Source of the DNA: Methanobacteriota archaeon
GTDB taxonomy: Archaea > Methanobacteriota > Methanobacteria > Methanobacteriales > Methanobacteriaceae
NCBI GenBank assembly: GCA_963787255.1
Contig: CAWBCJ010000029.1
Coordinates: 768,001 to 832,000, forward strand
DNA: 64,000 nt
Direction of reading: 5' to 3'
The number at the start of each line of letters is the position of its first letter. Position 1 is the first letter of the stretch. Both the position numbers and the translations under genes were made by a program. Positions 55,334 through 64,000 of this stretch are shown here, in pieces. The notes beneath the pieces were generated by a model, which was not told the DNA's origin, made no database searches, and saw only the letters and a list, made by a program, of their open reading frames with translations.

Positions 55334-56929
55334 TCATTCTTTAAAAGTTAACATGAAAAAAGCACCATTGTTATTTTTAAGCTCTACTTCACTGTTAAGC
55401 TGGTCTTTCAAACTATTTACAAGACGTAAACCTAAAGTTTCAGTATTTTTTAAATCCAGATTTTCAGGATAACCTATACCATTATCAGATACTCTCATTT
55501 CATACATATCTCCATTATAATGGAAATTTATACAAATTTTACCTTTTTTATTTACATTAAATTCGCTTTCAGAAATTTCATCAGGAAATGCGTGTTTTAT
55601 AGAATTAGTTATAAGTTCATTAATAATTAAACCACAGGGGAGCGCTTTATTAATATCTAATAAGACATTATCCACATCAACCTCAAGATCAATAAATGGA
55701 CTTATTTCATACGATCGATAAAGATCTGATGCTAATTGAGGAATATATTCTGCAAAATTTATTTTTGATAAGTCTTCTGACTGATACAACTTTTCATGAA
55801 TTAGTGCTATTGATTTAACACGGTTTTGAATTTCTTTGAAAGCATCATACACTCTTTCATCGTCTATATTATTCGATTGAAGATTTATTAGAGAGCTTAT
55901 TATCTGTAAATTATTTTTAACTCTATGATGAATTTCCCGAAGGAGAACCTCTTTTTCTTCTAGAGATTTCATTATTCTATCTTCTCCTTTTTTTTGCTCG
56001 GTTATATCTTCAAGCGTTTCTACAGCACCTATTATGTCGCCTTTAGAATTTCTAATGGCTGCTGCAGTAAAATGTAACCATTTTCCTTCTTCTCCTAATA
56101 ATGGGAAATAATCTATTGCTTCACATGCATCGTCTAAAATTTCAGATCTTTTATATTTTCCATCAAAGAATTTGGGAATATCTTCATAGCGCTTATCTAC
56201 AAGAAGATCAGCCATACATGGCATTTTTGAGTTATAAAATGCCATCCAATGATTTTTAGTGCCCACTATATCTTCAGCAGAAATATTACTATGTATTTCT
56301 AAAGCCTTGTTCCAGTAAATTACATTATGATCACTATCAATTACAAATTGAGGAACTGGAGAAAAATGTATGATTTCCTTTAATTTTTTCTCGCTTTCCT
56401 GTAATGCTTCCTCTAATTCTCTTCTTCTTATTATTTCCTTTTGTAATTCTTCATTTGCCTCTTGGAGTTCTTTTGTCCTTTCTTTAACTTTGTTTTCCAA
56501 CTCTGCATGCGCTTGAAGAAGTGATTCTTCCGCTATTTTACGTTCAGCTTTTTCTTCAGCTTCTTTTAAAGCTCGATGAATTGCAGGCGTTAGTTTTGAA
56601 AGGTTATTTTTAAAAATATAGTCCGTTGCACCGGTTTTAAGCATTTCTACGGCAAACTCTTCTCCTATTTTACCACTTACAAAAAAGAATGGTGTATCAG
56701 GAGATTTTTCCATTGCAATTTTTAATGCTGAAACACCATCAAATGAAGGAAGCGAATGATCTGCAAGTATTAAATCAGGTTTATATTCATTAAGCGAGTT
56801 TATGAAATCATTTTCTTTTTCAACGACCTTTGAAGAAAATTGTATTCCTTCACGGCGTAATTCATATTCGATTAACTCTGCATCAAATGAAACGTCTTCA
56901 AGTATCAATATTTTAATTTTTTCCTTCAT
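55334..56929 (-). CDS. hybrid signalling protein: receiver - coiled coil - PAS - HisKA_2 histidine kinase
   Basis: ILILED, ADHSLPSFDG, EIHHRVKNNLQ, NELITNSIKHAF, DNGIG, LGL. Confidence 0.92.
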   Translation of the reverse strand: MKEKIKILILEDVSFDAELIEYELRREGIQFSSKVVEKENDFINSLNEYKPDLILADHSLPSFDGVSALKIAMEKSPDTPFFFVSGKIGEEFAVEMLKTGATDYIFKNNLSKLTPAIHRALKEAEEKAERKIAEESLLQAHAELENKVKERTKELQEANEELQKEIIRRRELEEALQESEKKLKEIIHFSPVPQFVIDSDHNVIYWNKALEIHSNISAEDIVGTKNHWMAFYNSKMPCMADLLVDKRYEDIPKFFDGKYKRSEILDDACEAIDYFPLLGEEGKWLHFTAAAIRNSKGDIIGAVETLEDITEQKKGEDRIMKSLEEKEVLLREIHHRVKNNLQIISSLINLQSNNIDDERVYDAFKEIQNRVKSIALIHEKLYQSEDLSKINFAEYIPQLASDLYRSYEISPFIDLEVDVDNVLLDINKALPCGLIINELITNSIKHAFPDEISESEFNVNKKGKICINFHYNGDMYEMRVSDNGIGYPENLDLKNTETLGLRLVNSLKDQLNSEVELKNNNGAFFMLTFKE

Positions 56930-56944
56930 TGTAATCTCCCTTTT

Positions 56945-57394
56945 TTATTCAGGTGATTTATTCAGCAACATCCAGTATAATCCCAGTGTTGAAACGGCTT
57001 CGGTGAATTCTTCAAACTCTACAGGTTTGCTAACATAACTGTTCACCCCAAGATTGTAGCTTTCTACAATATCTTCATCCTCTTTAGATGATGTTAAGAC
57101 AACAATAGGAATTTTATTTGTTCTTGGATCGGCTTTAATTTTGCGAAGAACTTCCATTCCGTCAACTTTAGGCATTCTTAAATCAAGCAGAACTAATTTG
57201 GGAAGATCCTGAACTTCCCTTTGGGAATATCTGCCTGATGCAAAGATAAATTCAAGTGCTTCCTCTCCATCTTTGACCCAGACCAAATTGTTAGCAAGGT
57301 TTTTTCTCTTTAACGCCCTAATTGTAAGCTCAGCATCTGTTTCATTATCCTCTACAAGCAGCACTTCAATTTCATCAAAACCCATTTTCTTCAC
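56945..57394 (-). CDS. single-domain response regulator
   Basis: [27 protein letters not shown]. Confidence 0.95.
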   Translation of the reverse strand: MKKMGFDEIEVLLVEDNETDAELTIRALKRKNLANNLVWVKDGEEALEFIFASGRYSQREVQDLPKLVLLDLRMPKVDGMEVLRKIKADPRTNKIPIVVLTSSKEDEDIVESYNLGVNSYVSKPVEFEEFTEAVSTLGLYWMLLNKSPE

Positions 57395-57410
57395 TTCCAG
57401 TCATAATTCA

Positions 57411-58490
57411 TTATTCCTTTTTTGTGTTATTTGGAATGGAAAAATAAAAGGTAGCTCCTTTATTGAGTTCTCCTTCTCCCCAGACAGTTCCTCCGTGTCT
57501 TCGAATTACTCGTTGCACAATGGAAAGTCCAACACCAGTACCTTCAAATTCGTCGGCACCATGCAGTCTTTGGAATAAACCAAAAAGCTTATCCATATAT
57601 CTCATGTCAAAACCCACACCATTATCCTTCACATAATATATAACTTCATTTTTCCTGTTTTTTGACCCTACTTCAATTATTCTTTCATCTTTTGGTTCTG
57701 TAAATTTAAATGAATTAGAGATAAGGTTGTTAAGAACTTGTTGAAGTAATGCTCTATCTCCATAAGAAGGAGGAATGGATTTAATCTCCAAATGTACATT
57801 TTGAGCTTGTGATGATAATTTTTGCTCTTCAAATACTCTTGTTACGAGTTCTTCCATATTTATCTTTGTGAATTTCATTTCCTGACGGCTTGCACGGGAT
57901 AATAAAAGTATATCGTCAATAAGTTGCCCCATTTTATGTGTATTTTCTCGAATGATTTTTAATAGTCTTTTACCTTCATCATCAAGTTTATCTTCGTAAT
58001 CTTCTATTACAATACGGGAAAATCCATCAATTGCTCTAAGAGGGACTCTAAGATCGTGTGAAACTGAATATGCAAATGCTTCAAGTTCTTTATTGGCATC
58101 TTCAAGTTTTTCTGTCCGTTTTGTTAATTTATCATTCATTTCATTTAGAATTCTCACTTTTTCCATTCTTTCGAATAAAAAGGCTACCATAACGACTATT
58201 AAAAGTACCATTAACAATCGAAAATAGTCTTCATTGAATAAATCTCCTAATCCTATTGAAATAAGCAGTATAAAAATTACTATTCCTATTAGAATTGTGG
58301 GAGCAAGCCATGTTCTTTTTTTCCACCAAAAAGAAACTAAAAATAAGGATCCATAAAATGAAAAAGCTAAATTAGAGTTATTTCCATGTGTAAAATTATA
58401 ATAGTATGCTAAAAAGAAAAATAAACATAATGAAGTGATCAATGCCATAAATCTATATTTTTCGGGTCTAAGCTGGAGGAATGCTGACAA
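57411..58490 (-). CDS. membrane sensor histidine kinase
   Basis: about 4 TM helices; [11 protein letters not shown]-box, [27 protein letters not shown]. Confidence 0.93.
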   Translation of the reverse strand: MSAFLQLRPEKYRFMALITSLCLFFFLAYYYNFTHGNNSNLAFSFYGSLFLVSFWWKKRTWLAPTILIGIVIFILLISIGLGDLFNEDYFRLLMVLLIVVMVAFLFERMEKVRILNEMNDKLTKRTEKLEDANKELEAFAYSVSHDLRVPLRAIDGFSRIVIEDYEDKLDDEGKRLLKIIRENTHKMGQLIDDILLLSRASRQEMKFTKINMEELVTRVFEEQKLSSQAQNVHLEIKSIPPSYGDRALLQQVLNNLISNSFKFTEPKDERIIEVGSKNRKNEVIYYVKDNGVGFDMRYMDKLFGLFQRLHGADEFEGTGVGLSIVQRVIRRHGGTVWGEGELNKGATFYFSIPNNTKKE

Positions 58491-58783
58491 TTTCTCACCT
58501 TATGTTAATATTGGTCATGATATTTAATGGTATATATTATTAGGAAGAACTTATTTATTTTTTTTCTTTATAAATTATCATATAATGTTTTTAAATTAAA
58601 TAGTACTTAAATATATAAGCTTAAATTCCAGAATAAGGATTCAGAACAAGAAAAAGTATTAAAAAATAGATAATTTTTATTATTAAATAATTTATTAAGA
58701 TTATTAAAGTGATTTTAGCATTAATCCCCACATTAATTCTAATCAAAGCATTTAAGGCATAATAATTTTAAATAAGCTTTTTT

Positions 58784-59086
58784 TTACAAATTATCTTTTT
58801 CTTTTAACTTCTTTTTAAGTAAAAAATTAATATCTATAAGATATTTTCCTTCCTCATCTGAAACAATAATTGAATCGTCTTCTAAAAGGGTAGGAAGATC
58901 TACTTCATAAATCCCATGATCGTGAACCATTATAGTTTCAACGGACTTCCCTAAGGGTTTTTCCTTTTTATCCTCTTTATCTTGTTGATGATATTCAAAA
59001 AAATGACTTCCACATTCTGGACATCCTTTAAGGATATCTTCCGGTTCCCCTTTAAACAAAGCGCCGCACTTAATGCACAGATGCAC
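58784..59086 (-). CDS. oapC: OapC/ArvC zinc-ribbon protein (DUF2072)
   Basis: H.C.KCG..F......L.GCPECG..FF.Y, E.I.....G.YE.DL; GTG start after GGTGA. Confidence 0.85.
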   Translation of the reverse strand: MHLCIKCGALFKGEPEDILKGCPECGSHFFEYHQQDKEDKKEKPLGKSVETIMVHDHGIYEVDLPTLLEDDSIIVSDEEGKYLIDINFLLKKKLKEKDNL

Positions 59087-59438
59087 CAGAATCACCAAGA
59101 TTTGCAATCATTGATAAGAAATTGGACTTTTTCTTAACTGTTTTCATGACATTTGCAGGTCCGATTATGGTTAAACCAACGATTTTTTTCTTCGACATTC
59201 CAAAAAGAGATCTTTTGTCTTTTTCAAGGGTGTAGATGTCAATTCCAACAAAATTTTCAATATCTATCTCCCTCATGGTGGTTTCTATAAGTTCTGCTTC
59301 CTCTTCTGGGGTTAAGCCGCCTTCAATAATTACCAGATCTCCTCTTTTTACTCTTTCAACAATCATTGAAACCTTTTCCATGCTGCTTTGAGAATGAAGA
59401 GCATCTGAAGATAGAAAATCCATTTTTAAACCATTCAT
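59070..59438 (-). CDS. oapB: OapB/ArvB protein (DUF2073)
   Basis: [19 protein letters not shown]...[11 protein letters not shown]. Confidence 0.88.
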   Translation of the reverse strand: MNGLKMDFLSSDALHSQSSMEKVSMIVERVKRGDLVIIEGGLTPEEEAELIETTMREIDIENFVGIDIYTLEKDKRSLFGMSKKKIVGLTIIGPANVMKTVKKKSNFLSMIANLGDSGASVH

Positions 59439-59473
59439 TTTTAAACCTCTGAATCTAATTCAATTAATCTCTT

Positions 59474-60094
59474 TTATCTGAACCTCTTTACCATGGCGTT
59501 ATAAAGTTCCCCTGTATTTTCACCATGCAAAGCGGAAATAGGCACTACTGTATGCTGTGGAAACACTGCAGTTATACGTTCAGGAGAAGATTCAGGAATA
59601 TCAATTTTATTAGCCACAATTACAAATGGAATTTTCCGGGCCTCTAAATTACCAATTATAGTAATATTAGCCTGCGTAAGGGGATCTTTAGTAGCATCGA
59701 CAACCAGAAGAACACCCGTAACGTCATCAAGCCATTTTATAGCCTCTATAATCCCTTTGGTGGCTTCTTTTGCCCTTTCCTTCGCTTCTACTTCTGATAA
59801 TCCATACTGTAGAAAATTCTTATAATCTATCTTGGTGGCGATTCCGGGAGTATCTATTATATCAAAATCCAGTTCAACGCCATTATGCTTAATACTTACT
59901 TTTTCCTGCCTGTAAACTTTTCTAGTTTCGTGAGGAATCTCTGATACTAACCCCAGAGGTTTTCCTAACCAGTCGTTGGTCATCGTGTTTGCTAACGTGG
60001 TTTTCCCGGAATTAGGATGACCATATAACCCTATTTTTAGTTTTTTGTCTTTACCTAGAAGTCTGTTTAAGAATCTTCTAAAAATGTTCTGCAT
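59474..60094 (-). CDS. oapA: Era-like small GTPase OapA/ArvA
   Basis: G1 [16 protein letters not shown]3 DTPG, G4 NKID, ISAL. Confidence 0.88.
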   Translation of the reverse strand: MQNIFRRFLNRLLGKDKKLKIGLYGHPNSGKTTLANTMTNDWLGKPLGLVSEIPHETRKVYRQEKVSIKHNGVELDFDIIDTPGIATKIDYKNFLQYGLSEVEAKERAKEATKGIIEAIKWLDDVTGVLLVVDATKDPLTQANITIIGNLEARKIPFVIVANKIDIPESSPERITAVFPQHTVVPISALHGENTGELYNAMVKRFR

Positions 60095-60098
60095 CGTA

Positions 60099-60797
60099 TC
60101 ACTCTTTATATATTTGGCCAGGTTCAAGGATAACAACCTTCATATCTTTGTTAATTGATTCAACTATATCTGCATACCTTTCTACATCTTGTTCAATTAC
60201 AGGGAATGTATTATAATGCATAGGGATTACAACTTCTGCATCAATCCATGCTGCAGCAATCGATGCTTCAAAAGGCCCCATTGTATACCTATCTCCAATT
60301 GGAAGTAAAGCAACACCCGGTTTATAAAGATCCCTTATTACAGTCTTCATATCTCCAAAAATACCGGTATCTCCAGAATGATAAATTATTCTGCCTTTTT
60401 CAAGCTGAATTATATAACCACAGGAGCTTCCACCTGCACACATTTCTTCAATAAAATCCATATCTGAGGAATGAGTGGAATTAACCATAGTTATTTTAAT
60501 ATTATGGATATTAATTGAACCTCCAATGTTCATTCCCATAGCTTCAAAGCCCTGCTTTGAAAGATATACAGAATGCTCATGATTACTCACTATTACAGCA
60601 CCCGTCCTGTTTGCAATCTCCATTGTGTCGCCAAAATGGTCAGCATGCCCATGTGTAACACATATTATATCAGCATCAACTTCTTCCACGGTAACTGGAC
60701 AAACGGGATTATTGCTTATAAAAGGATCTATTAGCATCTTTAAATTTTCATCGGTTATTATTTCAAAGGCAGAATGTCCCAACCATCTTATTTCCAT
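60099..60797 (-). CDS. UPF0173 metal-dependent hydrolase (MBL fold)
   Basis: [40 protein letters not shown]. Confidence 0.93.
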   Translation of the reverse strand: MEIRWLGHSAFEIITDENLKMLIDPFISNNPVCPVTVEEVDADIICVTHGHADHFGDTMEIANRTGAVIVSNHEHSVYLSKQGFEAMGMNIGGSINIHNIKITMVNSTHSSDMDFIEEMCAGGSSCGYIIQLEKGRIIYHSGDTGIFGDMKTVIRDLYKPGVALLPIGDRYTMGPFEASIAAAWIDAEVVIPMHYNTFPVIEQDVERYADIVESINKDMKVVILEPGQIYKE

Positions 60798-60816
60798 GAC
60801 TTTTAACTCCAATTAA

Positions 60817-62097
60817 TTAATTTAAACTAAGATCTACTTCCTGGGAGAGCTCCCACGCTTCTTCAAACATTCTCTCAATTTCATCAATCGATTTTTGATC
60901 TTTATAGATTACTCCAACCTCAAAACTCTCATATATAGGATCTGTAGATATTATTAAACCGTTATCCGCATCTGACACGATTGCAACTGTATGAACATGA
61001 GGCATGGTTCTTATTTTAACATCATTTTCCATTAAAAGTTTAATAAGCTCAACTGATGCATCATCATCCAGACTTGCTTCTTGTAAGATCATTTTGCTAT
61101 CAGTTTCCATAAATCTCTTTAAAACGCTGACATCTATGTTACGAATCCATGGATACATAATCAATATTTTTTCATCCGCTTTTAAAATTGTTTCCTGCAT
61201 GGTTTCCTGAACGTCTCCAGCATCAAATGACCATATTATGCTCGGATCCTTGGATTCAGACTTAATCTGATTCAATGTTCCTTTAAAAGAATCAAGACGC
61301 TCTTCAATTAGATTTTCAATATCTTCAGCGTTTTTAATGTAGTTTTCTTTTAACCTTTCCAATCTGTTCTTTACGTACTCATTTTCGGTTTTATCATACT
61401 TCACAGGCTCCACCTTTTTGTTCACAGCAGATTTAGGTTTTTTATCTTTTAATTTATCTTCTAAAGGAATTTTTTTCTCGATAGGTACCGGTTTTATTTC
61501 TTTAGAAGCTGCTTTAGGCATGTCTGTCCCGGTTTTATGATCTAAAATAGGTTTATTAGGAGTTTTAACTGGTTTTATTTCTTTAGGAATAACTTTTGGT
61601 TTATTTTCACCAGTTTTTGGAATTTCATTTTTTTCTGCAGTAAAAGTAGGATTATTAACACCTGATATCCTTTTAGGCTCAATTTTTTTAGGAACTACCT
61701 GTTTTTTTCCCTTTTCCTCAACAATATCCTTTCTATCTGTTACTAATTTCTTAATACTGGACTCTTGAGGTTTTTTTGCAACTTTAGGCTGTATTTTCCT
61801 TGGTGATTCAGGTATATCTGCCTTTTTAGGCATATTTTTAGGCTTCACAACGCTTTTAGCACTCGTGGATCCGTTTTTACTGGATTCATTAACCTTTTTT
61901 TCTTTCGATCTTGTTTGGAATTGCGCAGTATCGATCTTACTTCCAAAGATAATAACCAGCATTGCCCCTAAAACAGTAAGAATTAAACCTATAAAGAAAA
62001 ACGAGATATTTGGAGGGGTTGCAAATCCATAAGACATCGCATAGAAACCTCCAATAATTAATATGACTCCAAAAGCTGCAATAAGTATATTGATCAT
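60817..62097 (-). CDS. membrane-anchored protein: 2 TM, long Lys/Pro-rich linker, coiled coil, C-terminal PLD-like domain
   Basis: A.EKILIMYPWI, degenerate HKD (HTVAIVSD), FEVGV, FEEAW. Confidence 0.7.
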   Translation of the reverse strand: MINILIAAFGVILIIGGFYAMSYGFATPPNISFFFIGLILTVLGAMLVIIFGSKIDTAQFQTRSKEKKVNESSKNGSTSAKSVVKPKNMPKKADIPESPRKIQPKVAKKPQESSIKKLVTDRKDIVEEKGKKQVVPKKIEPKRISGVNNPTFTAEKNEIPKTGENKPKVIPKEIKPVKTPNKPILDHKTGTDMPKAASKEIKPVPIEKKIPLEDKLKDKKPKSAVNKKVEPVKYDKTENEYVKNRLERLKENYIKNAEDIENLIEERLDSFKGTLNQIKSESKDPSIIWSFDAGDVQETMQETILKADEKILIMYPWIRNIDVSVLKRFMETDSKMILQEASLDDDASVELIKLLMENDVKIRTMPHVHTVAIVSDADNGLIISTDPIYESFEVGVIYKDQKSIDEIERMFEEAWELSQEVDLSLN

Positions 62098-62123
62098 TTG
62101 ATGCCTCCAATCATATCTTCTCT

Positions 62124-63290
62124 TTATTCATTATAAAGATTACTCTTAAATTCTGCACTTTTTAAGATAATCTCCACTGCCTTCCGAGTTCCATTATACT
62201 TAGAAAATTCTTTTCTAATGTTGTCTATTTTTTTTATTAAAACTTCATCCTTTAAAATGTTATTTATATCGCCAGCAAGTTCTTCTGGATTAATCTCATC
62301 TATTTTTTTTACCAAGGAAATGCCATATCTTTCCATGGTTAAAGCATTTTTAAGCTGCTCAGAATGGTTTTCAATAGGTATAAGTATATTGGGGATGCCC
62401 AATGAAGCAATTTCCATAGTTGTGGTGTGACCAGCAAGACTTATTATAATGTCAGATAGTTTCATCCATTCCATAATATTTTCTAAAAACTTCTTTTTTA
62501 TTATTTTATCATCATCAGGAATAAAATCAGAATCTATTTGGGGACCAGTTACCATTATTATTTTATCAGCGTCTATTTCTCCCGATGCTTCATAAATAAA
62601 ACTAAGCAGTCTTTTCCCAAATTCACTTCCCCCAACAGTAACCAGAACTATCCTCTCATCCTCTTTAAAACCTAATTTTTCCCTTATTTTCTTTTTATCC
62701 TCTATTTCATCCGGATTTTGCTTAAGAAAAGGCCCCGTAAATATAGTCTTCTCCATTAATTTTGGAGGTATCTTAATGGAATTTTCAACATCTGGAATTA
62801 AAATAGCATCACATTGCTTTGAAACATCATTAATAAATCTTTTAAGCCCATTTTCAAGGTACTCCATTGTTCTTTCCTTAGGATAAAGTTCAGAAAAATT
62901 AAGTGTTAATTCGTTAGTAATCATGATGCAAGGTATTCCAAGAACTCTTGCAGTTATGGGAACAGAATAATGCGCATCTGCAACTATAACATCCGGTTTA
63001 AACTTTTTAATTATTTTTGATTCATTATATATACTTTTAAGGAAAATAAAAGGAGCATCTATCGATTTTTTGGCCGTATGTTTTATATCAAACCCGCCGT
63101 TTGCACCATAAAATTTAATATCCGGTAATTTGGCTGTCTCGTACTTTCCATACTCTTTAAGCATTTCATAGCCTAATCCATAACTTGCAAATACAACGTC
63201 GATGTTTCTTTCCTGCAGCTTCTCTGCAATGGCAATACATCTGGATGTATGTCCCATGCCTATACCGCAAGGCATCATGAGTACTTTCAT
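62124..63290 (-). CDS. MurG-like / MJ1255-family GT-B glycosyltransferase
   Basis: GIGMGHTSR, LVTVGGS, ISLAGHTT..E, IP..N.SEQLKNA. Confidence 0.88.
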   Translation of the reverse strand: MKVLMMPCGIGMGHTSRCIAIAEKLQERNIDVVFASYGLGYEMLKEYGKYETAKLPDIKFYGANGGFDIKHTAKKSIDAPFIFLKSIYNESKIIKKFKPDVIVADAHYSVPITARVLGIPCIMITNELTLNFSELYPKERTMEYLENGLKRFINDVSKQCDAILIPDVENSIKIPPKLMEKTIFTGPFLKQNPDEIEDKKKIREKLGFKEDERIVLVTVGGSEFGKRLLSFIYEASGEIDADKIIMVTGPQIDSDFIPDDDKIIKKKFLENIMEWMKLSDIIISLAGHTTTMEIASLGIPNILIPIENHSEQLKNALTMERYGISLVKKIDEINPEELAGDINNILKDEVLIKKIDNIRKEFSKYNGTRKAVEIILKSAEFKSNLYNE

Positions 63291-63663
63291 ATCAATATAA
63301 CCTCTAAAAAAATGTTTTATAAATAAAATCTAATTGCATTTCTATTTTTTTTGAATTAAATTTAACGGTGCTAGCACATCGTAAGATGAAAAGAAAGATT
63401 CTTTACACATATAATATTTTTTTATACCATTAAATGAAATATATAATAAATGTACCTTCCTATGAGTTTTATAAAAAGATGAAGGCCACAGGGAACGGCT
63501 GAATACATCCGGCTTTTCAGCGGAGTGATTATCATTGTCAATAGCTGCACTTTTAATTTATAGAAATCATGTTAATAACAACAAATCCACTGAGGACTTG
63601 AACACTGATTAGAGCAAATATGACATAATAATTTTATTATTTAAGTTTTTATTTGTTAAATGA

Positions 63664-63984
63664 CTATTCATGGGAATTAATATAACTAACAAGACTCTTC
63701 AGCAAATCTGCTGACCCGGCTTCATTACTTAAACTCCACGCAAGCTTATTTATCAAAACGGTTTTCTGATCTTTTGCCTGATTGTTTATATAGTAAATTA
63801 TTTTATTGAAAAGAAGATTAACATTCTTTATTTCAATTTCATCATTAAAATCATTATTTTTTAGTTCATCAATTTTTCCTCTAAAAATCATTTTAAGCTT
63901 ATTAGACGATTCTTTCACTTCTAACGAATCTTTACTTTCTAACTGATTAATAAGAAGACCAATTTCTAAAGGATTAGTTTCCAT
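63664..63984 (-). CDS. hypothetical protein, probably the 3' part of a gene starting beyond the window
   Basis: frame stays open up to position 64000. Confidence 0.5.
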   Translation of the reverse strand: METNPLEIGLLINQLESKDSLEVKESSNKLKMIFRGKIDELKNNDFNDEIEIKNVNLLFNKIIYYINNQAKDQKTVLINKLAWSLSNEAGSADLLKSLVSYINSHE

Positions 63985-64000
63985 CTGACCGAATATAATA

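Noticed and set aside
58500-58780. Replication origin next to oapABC
   Set aside because: AT-rich, but no repeated ORB/mini-ORB motifs and no cdc6/orc1 gene in the window
63470-63625. Locally GC-richer intergenic patch with ATGA/CTGA boxes (C/D sRNA or riboswitch candidate)
   Set aside because: No complete C/D box geometry or recognisable riboswitch consensus; could equally be a decayed coding fragment

Overview
AT-rich archaeal chromosomal window, most consistent with a pseudomurein-walled hydrogenotrophic methanogen (Methanobacterium-like, Methanobacteriales). The evidence is archaeal marker genes (rps3ae, rpl40e, GGGP synthase, FBP aldolase/phosphatase, tsr3, apgM), GGTGA/GGAGG ribosome-binding sites, an F420-binding FrhB-type gene and Mur-type ligases. 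Main blocks: (i) pmbA/HAD/hypD; (ii) a pseudomurein peptide-synthesis operon with a double Mur-ligase fusion, a third Mur ligase, an exported Cys-containing VanW-like protein and an NTP transferase, preceded by a foldable ~210-nt leader; (iii) housekeeping genes; (iv) a nitrogen island with NrpR operators, pdxT-gltB1(frameshifted)-gltB3-circularly permuted FrhB-like-gltB2 followed by two amt-glnK pairs and a decayed MBL-hydrolase/P-II locus; (v) central metabolism genes and a three-gene phosphorelay; (vi) a six-gene run joining a MurG-like glycosyltransferase and a membrane-anchored PLD-fold protein to oapABC/arvABC. The best candidate for an undescribed system is the VanW-like protein as the pseudomurein cross-linking transpeptidase. 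No rRNA, tRNA, CRISPR array or intact mobile element was seen. All family calls come from motif recognition by eye, not database searches.
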